Source of the DNA: Hyphochytrium catenoides
Taxonomy: Eukaryota > Protista > Hyphochytriomycota
Length of the DNA: 42,366 nt
Direction: 5' to 3'
Assembly (NCBI GenBank): GCA_900088475.1
Contig: FLMG01000818.1
Span: 1-42,366 of the forward strand
The notes beneath the pieces are model-generated. The model was given only the letters and a program-made list of their open reading frames with translations, did not search any database and was not told the DNA's origin. The position numbers and the translations under genes are program-made. Shown here in pieces: positions 36,745 to 42,366 of the stretch; positions within the stretch are counted from its first letter, which is position 1, and each line of letters opens with the position of its first letter.

Positions 36745-37409
36745 GAATAGTCAGAAGAGGGGGAGGAGGACAGCAAAAGGATTGTAGTAGTGAGGCAGCA
36801 AGGTTAAAAGATCCCTCTCTCTATGAAGACACAAGCTCAAGCAGGGGCTAAGGTGTCTCTTAATGGTGTCCTTTCGGCCCCGCTTCTTCCTTCTTCTTCA
36901 GTGGATACGGAGAGTCGAAAAGTGGAGTGTACACAAGCAGCTCCTCCTCTTGCTTCTTCTTGACACGCTCTCTCTCTCTCTCTCTTAGGCTTTCTCCTTC
37001 GGATTAATGCTTTTCATCTCCTCCTGTTTATTATGATCTCTCTATGGGGGCCTTCACGTAGAAAGAACATCTACGTCGCATATACCTCTCTCAATATCAT
37101 GATATTCTTCTATGTAATCGTCGGATTATATAGCAGAGAGATACTAATACAGACGACTGAGCTGTGACTCACAACAAATTGAGTTGCTCTCCCCTCTATG
37201 AGATGATAGTGGACATAAAGACCGACCTTTCTTCCAAATTATCTCATCGGCGAGTTAGCAAACACCAAAGCGCCAAAGAGGTCATAAAGGCCGACGTTAA
37301 TCATCCATGCCCGGCATCATGGTGAAGAGCCATTTATCCTGTCATCCCTTGTCAATTGTCTTTGCCTCATCAGGGTAACCGTTGTTCACTTCTATTATCC
37401 TACGCTCAT

Positions 37410-37940
37410 TTAACAAAAGTAGCATCTTATTGATCTGCAACCCTTTTTCACGGCATCTCTAATTATAACAGCATTCCGAAGTGATGCTTGGGAGTCTAGC
37501 GTGGCTCTCTGGCACCTATTTCCCGTTCGACCGCAAACTGTTGAGGCTTTGCAGGTGGCATCCGTAGCATAATACTTTCTGCTGGTAACTCGATGGCAAA
37601 AGTCATTGCTGCATGCTTCGGTACGATATTGGAGTTGACGAAGCTTTGGATTGTGCACCTCTTCACCGATCCCCTCGTTCTCGTTGTCGCCTAGCCCATA
37701 GCCTTCAACTTCCTGTTGGCCCTGCTCCTCTTCCTCCTCAGCCATCACAATGTTGGACAGGGACCTCCCACTAAAAGCGGCTTCAACGCGTTGTCCGGCT
37801 TCCGCGTAGATGGGACCAGCGCTAGGACTGCCATCGTCACTTACAGTCGCAGGGACCACTACTATTGACTCGCCAAAAGCGAATTGAATGGAGTGGGATG
37901 CGAGGAATAAAAGGAATGCTGTGGCTACTGAGATCATCAT
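37410..37940 (-). CDS. Small secreted protein (176 aa): signal peptide, acidic pro-region, cationic 8-Cys C-terminal domain
   Basis: Intronless non-repetitive ORF. Signal MMISVATAFLLFLASHSIQFAFG; RSLS at aa 59-62; EEEEE at aa 68-72; RQLQ at aa 101-104; Cys at 110, 115, 130, 136, 143, 168, 173 and 176. Confidence 0.8.
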   Translation of the reverse strand: MMISVATAFLLFLASHSIQFAFGESIVVVPATVSDDGSPSAGPIYAEAGQRVEAAFSGRSLSNIVMAEEEEEQGQQEVEGYGLGDNENEGIGEEVHNPKLRQLQYRTEACSNDFCHRVTSRKYYATDATCKASTVCGRTGNRCQRATLDSQASLRNAVIIRDAVKKGCRSIRCYFC

Positions 37941-39146
37941 GTTGAACTGCTGGGTCGCGCCTTCCTGAAGGTCGTCTGGGTGGGCAGTGGCAACCAGTTA
38001 TCGTCGTGTCGCCTTGGCGAGATCAGCGTAGGACTAGTCTCTGGATGCTTACAAAGAGTAGCTTCCTCCTGTTATTCTTTGCACTGGTCGGTAAGATGAA
38101 TAATGAGAATAATGAGTAGGCGGAGGAAGCGAAGGGAAGCAAACCTTGAGGAGGGCAAATTTCTTCACAATTGTACAGCCCTGGCAAAAGTTTTGAGGGT
38201 GGTATTGACTCTTGAAAAGGCAAGCTTGCTCAAGATGAAGAAGCCTTTTATTAGGGATGATTCCTCTCCCTTACCTCTCGCTCTCCACCCTGAATGTCCG
38301 GAAGAGTGATAAGAACCACCGACCCTCTTATGCACAGAACAGTACTGCTTTTCTCCCCAGGACTGGACGAGAAGAGCCCGAGAAGGCTTGGCCCTAACCA
38401 ATTTGATGAATGCGTTGATGCGCAGGCGGGTGTTAATGAGGAGGGAGTACGTGCGTGGCTGGTGGAGGTGAGTTGCGCTGGGTTTTTGCCTGCTTGTCAA
38501 ATATCTGGTGGAGCTGAGAGTAGTTCTCTACCTCCTCTACGGGTTTGGTACAGTAGAACTACTTCTACAGTGCCTGGCAAAAATTGTTGAAATCGGGCAA
38601 ATCTGGGATCCTGAGAATGGACCAGCCAACCCAATCTCTGAGACATTGAGGAGTGCCAGTCTTATATTATGGTAACAAGATGCAACGTAGAGTTGTCAGC
38701 GTATCATGTCCTAATAATAATCACATATCGAAAGCGACATTAAGCATCATGTAGTGCAGCCGTAGAACAGTAGAAGGAAGACGGCGGCGATAGAGCCGTC
38801 ATTTCTTCTCCATTCTAGACCCAAACCTTATCCCATTGTCCATCTCTTCCCACGACACTTGCTCTTCAGCCACAAAATAATAAGGGGAGAGAACCTCCTG
38901 GTCCTCCAGTGGTGCTGCTACAGATGGCCACCAAAATTTGCAGGTCTTTGTCCACCGTCGTTTCTTCTCCATTCTAGACACACACTTTTATACCCGTGTC
39001 CGTCTCTTCTCTTCCCAGGCAGGAGATGTTGTCTGAAAAGGATATGAAGTTGTCTGGGCAGAAGAAGAGTTCCTGAGTTGTGGGAAAAGACGGACAAGGA
39101 GATAAAAGTGTGTGTCTAGAATGGAGAAGAAACGACGGCGGACAAA

Positions 39147-40049
39147 AGCGACATTCTGCAAGCACTCCCAAATCGGATGGACGAAAATCGGACGGATGAA
39201 CTTTTGAGAATTTTAAAAATGGAGCCTGCAACGGCCACTGACGTCATTTCGCGTCACACCCATTTCATCCGATTTTCATCCGATTTCTCGTTCGTCCGGA
39301 AATTTGCTAGTTCCGGATGAAATGGTGGGTATCCGTCCGATTTGCATACCCACCCCGACTGAGAAAGGCAAATCGGATGAACCTAAAGGAGAGGCTTTGG
39401 CGCGAAAATCGTCGTTTCGCGCCAAAATATCGAGAATATTGCTTCTTTTATTCTGCTTTAATTGGTTACCTATTCCGTATATCGGCAAAATGCGTAAGAA
39501 TCAAAAATTCTCTGAAGAAAAATGTGGTTACCATCAGAAATGTTGGCTCGCCAACATATTGTTCTAAAGTCTAATACATTTGGCTATATACCTGCTACCG
39601 ATTTAGAACAAATAGAAACCTCATACATAATAGCTCACGCAAAAATGTTTGCCCGCCATCGTACTTTATGCTGTCATCAACAAAATATTTGACCCAGAGC
39701 GAGTCTGCTGACAACAAGCAGCTAGGCCCTTACATAACAATGTCTGCTCTGCAAAGTTCACGAATCCTCGAGCAAAGGGATGCGAGAAGTGCGTTAACAC
39801 TACCATCTTCTCATCAGTTCCATCATCACTGAAACGTTTCCTTAGTTAGCTTTCGCTTTTTTCACGCTATTTTCCAGAAATGTTTCATCAGGTTGATCAC
39901 GTCCATCCGGAGGAAAAGTGGCGGCTTGCAGAACACTTTTTGCGCTCAAATCGGACGAAGTGGTCGGTCTCAAATCGGACGAAGTATCCAGAGGTTTCGT
40001 CCGTCCGATTCTCGTCCGTCCAGAATTTTGAGGCTTGCAGAAAGTCGCT
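39147..40049. mobile_element. 903-bp non-autonomous TIR DNA transposon (MITE-like; 3-bp TSD suggests PIF/Harbinger-type)
   Basis: Ends agcgacattctgcaagc / gcttgcagaaagtcgct, with the imperfect IR extending ~55 nt. Flanked by AAA (39144-39146) and AAA (40050-40052). Removing the element plus one AAA restores ggacaaagacctgcaaat, as seen in the uninterrupted inverted copy at ~38937-38954. Many internal AAATCGGA(C/T)G motifs occur in both orientations. No transposase ORF. Confidence 0.85.
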
Positions 40050-40167
40050 AAAGACCTGCAAATCTTGGTGACCATCTGTAGCAGCACCACTGGAGGACCA
40101 GGAGGTTTTCTCCCTTTATTATTTTGTGGCTGAAGAACAAGTGTAGTGAGAAGAGATGGACAATAAT

Positions 40168-40187
40168 AGCGACATTCTGCAAGCACT
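40168..40187 (+). mobile_element. Solo left TIR of the same element family
   Basis: agcgacattctgcaagcact is identical to 39147-39166 and again interrupts a satellite unit. No matching right TIR was found. Confidence 0.7.
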
Positions 40188-40702
40188 AATATTTTTCATA
40201 AAAACTGCGTCTTCTGAGCAGGTGGATTAGAGTGAGACAGGGTACTCCCTCCCACCATCATTTGCACTTTGTTAAATTCAAGACCTTTTCCTCCGTGCTG
40301 TTCTACTCAAAAGTTGAAGAAGAATAGTCGTGGGAAGAGACGGGAAAAGGGATAAAAGTGTGCGTCTAGATGGAGAAAGAAGAGACCGCGGACAGAAGAC
40401 GTGCAGATCTTGGTCAACATCATCACACGGAAGGACACACCATAGGATGTATCCCTTCTTCTTATATGGCTGAAAAAGAAAAAAGAGTCATGGAAAGAGA
40501 CGGAAAAAGGGATAGAAGTGCGGGTCTAGAATGGAGAAGAAAAGACGGCGGACAAACGACCTGCAGGTCGTGGCTCTCATCAGCACAGTGGAGGACGCAG
40601 GATGATAGTTCTATCCTTCTTCTTTTATAACTGAAAACGAAAAAGAGTTGTTGGGGAGAGACGGAAAAAGCGATAGAAGTGCGGGTCTAGAATGGAGAAA
40701 AA

Positions 40703-41265
40703 ACTGCCTCCCATGCACCTTCACTGCCCTCACCTCGGTCAGCTAGTGACCCTTCCTCCGTCGAGGACTCCTCTACCCAAGCAAAGGGTCCGACGCGCTT
40801 CCAAACTGGCTGAAGATGGCTTGTTTGCAAAAGCTGTTGCTGCCCTAGTATCAGATGGCATTGCCACTCCCTCGGAGGAAACTCTCTCTATCCTCCTCCG
40901 GGCCAAGCACCCCGTGGGTGCCGCCATTCCTTCCCCTGTTAATCCTCTCTCCCCCGCCGCTTTCTTACCTCTTCACGATGACGCTTTCTCTCCCTCTTCA
41001 ATCACCGCTAGGCTTTCTTCCTTCCCTCCTGGCTCCGCCGCTGGCGCCAGTCAGCTGCGGCCTCAGCATCTGAAAGACCTCTGTCTCTTCACACCTTCTC
41101 CCGGCGTTCGCGAAGCCCTTTGCCTTTCTCTGTCAGCATTGACATCGCTCCTGGCCCAGGGCCTTGCACCCCCGGATATTTCTCCCTTTCTCGCTGGTGC
41201 TCCACTGTTTGGTTTGACTAAGAAGGATGGCGGCCTTCGCCCCATCGCCGTTGGCGAAACTCTAA
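40703..41265 (+). mobile_element. Truncated non-LTR retrotransposon reverse-transcriptase fragment (CRE/SLACS-like clade)
   Basis: GSAAGASQLRPQHLKD ... FLAGAPLFGLTKKDGGLRPIAVGETL matches the pre-RT and RT domain 0-2 motifs of early-branching RLE-type non-LTR elements. Similarity stops abruptly after GETL, and there is no YxDD. Confidence 0.82.
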
Positions 41266-42366
41266 CGGTATTGTTGACCTCTGCTTGGGTTAGGAGCGCC
41301 GAACGATCGTATCACTTCGTTACCCAAGCAAAATTGGACATACTCTTTCCTAGCTCAAGATCACAAACGAATTTTAGTGGGGCAGAGGTTGGGCAGCAAA
41401 TATTGACCCAACTTCAACAGATACAATCGAAGATTGTCCAAGATACACCTCAGGACAAGGGGCTGGAGGAGCGGCCAAGCTTGACTCATCTTCTTAGGCT
41501 CCATCATGGGTGGACTGCTTGGAGGTCCACGACCGACATGATAGAGGTTGTTCCCGACAGCAATAGAGCTGAAGAAGAGAGAGACAGGGGACAAATATTA
41601 GGTAGGGACAACAAGGGCACTCATCAAATGTAGCAGCTACCTGAAGGTGTTGTGAGAGCGAACGTCTCGCCGAACCCTAGTACAACGTAGCAGTAGTAGG
41701 AGCCGTCGCGGTGCTGAACTTATTGGCAGCACCATCTCTTGAAGATCTGTGGCTGAAAGCATTCTGTCCTCCACCTCTCCTCGTCTTCGATCCCCCTCTC
41801 CTCTGTTGTGGGAAAGCTCTCATCCATAGACTCAGAGGGAGCTTATGCACTAAGCTGCGATACTGTACCCTAATAAGATGGTTCAACTGGTGTCTCGTCT
41901 CACAAACAACAGAGACGGGCCAGTCATGTTCCCACGGAAGTCCTCTTAGACTGTCCAAGAGAGCAGAGACCGAATGACGCCCACATGGAACTGTCGTAAC
42001 CGCAAGGAACGAGTTCCCTTGGAACAAGGACTTAGGGTTACGACCATACTTTAGGGGAAGGAGGGGTTCCTTACATTTGGTAGGAAACGAGGGATGTTGA
42101 TGACTGAGCTCCATCATCCCCCATCTTATGCGGAAGGAGTATGCCTCAGCTCGTGATATGCAAGATAAGAAACTATACCGGTACCAGGAGAGAGCAAGAT
42201 GATACGTCATTCACTTCCTCAAAAACGGTCATGCAGGCTCAGCATTCGGCAATTAGATGGTGTGCGTCGTAGGGAGGGTTATAAGAGGTAAAGAAGAGAA
42301 GATTGATGGTGGTGGGTGAAAACAGGTACATAGAACTATAGTAGAAAGAAGACCAAAGATAGCAGT

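Larger units (their letters stand above)
18..37000. repeat. Dispersed (GA)n/(CT)n microsatellite and purine/pyrimidine tracts (e.g. 18-71, 580-613, 1135-1400, 12590-12730, 13285-13327, 30740-30787, 34600-34655, 36660-36740)
   Basis: Directly visible. Introns of the minus-strand housekeeping genes are CT-rich on their sense strand. Confidence 0.97.
38795..40702. repeat. ~160-bp degenerate tandem satellite present in both orientations, interrupted by a TIR element
   Basis: The core gtctagaatggagaa(g)aaa.gacggcggacaaa recurs with TCTAGA at 38814 and 38973 (reverse orientation, period 159), at ~39115, and at 40365, 40525 and 40686 (periods 160 and 161). Confidence 0.88.

Noticed and set aside
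117-36776. Dozens of ORFs rich in LSLSLS or ERERER
   Set aside because: They are translations of (CT)n/(GA)n microsatellites, which lack stop codons; many lie inside defined introns.
38795-40702. CRISPR array or spliced-leader RNA gene array
   Set aside because: Whole units are homologous with no unique spacers, the context is eukaryotic, and there are no cas genes. The Sm-like ATTTTGTGG is not conserved across units.
40692-41633. Intact 313-aa protein
   Set aside because: Chimeric frame: the ATG comes from the satellite, the middle is an RT fragment, and the tail after ~41265 is unrelated sequence.
41300-42366. 177-aa minus-strand ORF and an intron-like segment near 41580-41640
   Set aside because: No recognisable domain, and alternative frames contain stops. 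It may be a decayed gene, but I cannot support that from the sequence alone.

Overview
Eukaryotic DNA, most likely from an oomycete or closely related stramenopile. That placement is inferred from the RPB7 sequence and from INR/FPR-like core promoters. The window is dense in (GA)n/(CT)n microsatellites, which generate most of the listed ORFs as noise. The first ~5 kb holds two intron-rich housekeeping genes on the minus strand: the 5' part of a choline/carnitine O-acyltransferase and a complete 6-exon RNA polymerase II subunit RPB7 with one probable GC-AG intron. From ~9.6 to 38 kb is a gene-sparse block in which every recognisable gene encodes a secreted or surface protein. These are two intronless, bacterial-looking GH5 beta-mannanases with a 6-Cys loop, an M36 fungalysin, two divergent 8-Cys signal-peptide plus GPI-type paralogs I cannot assign to a family, and a small RxL/acidic-propeptide protein with a cationic 8-Cys C-terminus. 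The last 3.6 kb is a repeat nest: a ~160-bp satellite in inverted arrangement, a 903-bp TIR element with a 3-bp target-site duplication inserted into it, a solo TIR, and a truncated CRE-type non-LTR RT fragment. Family assignments come from motif recognition only; no searches were run.
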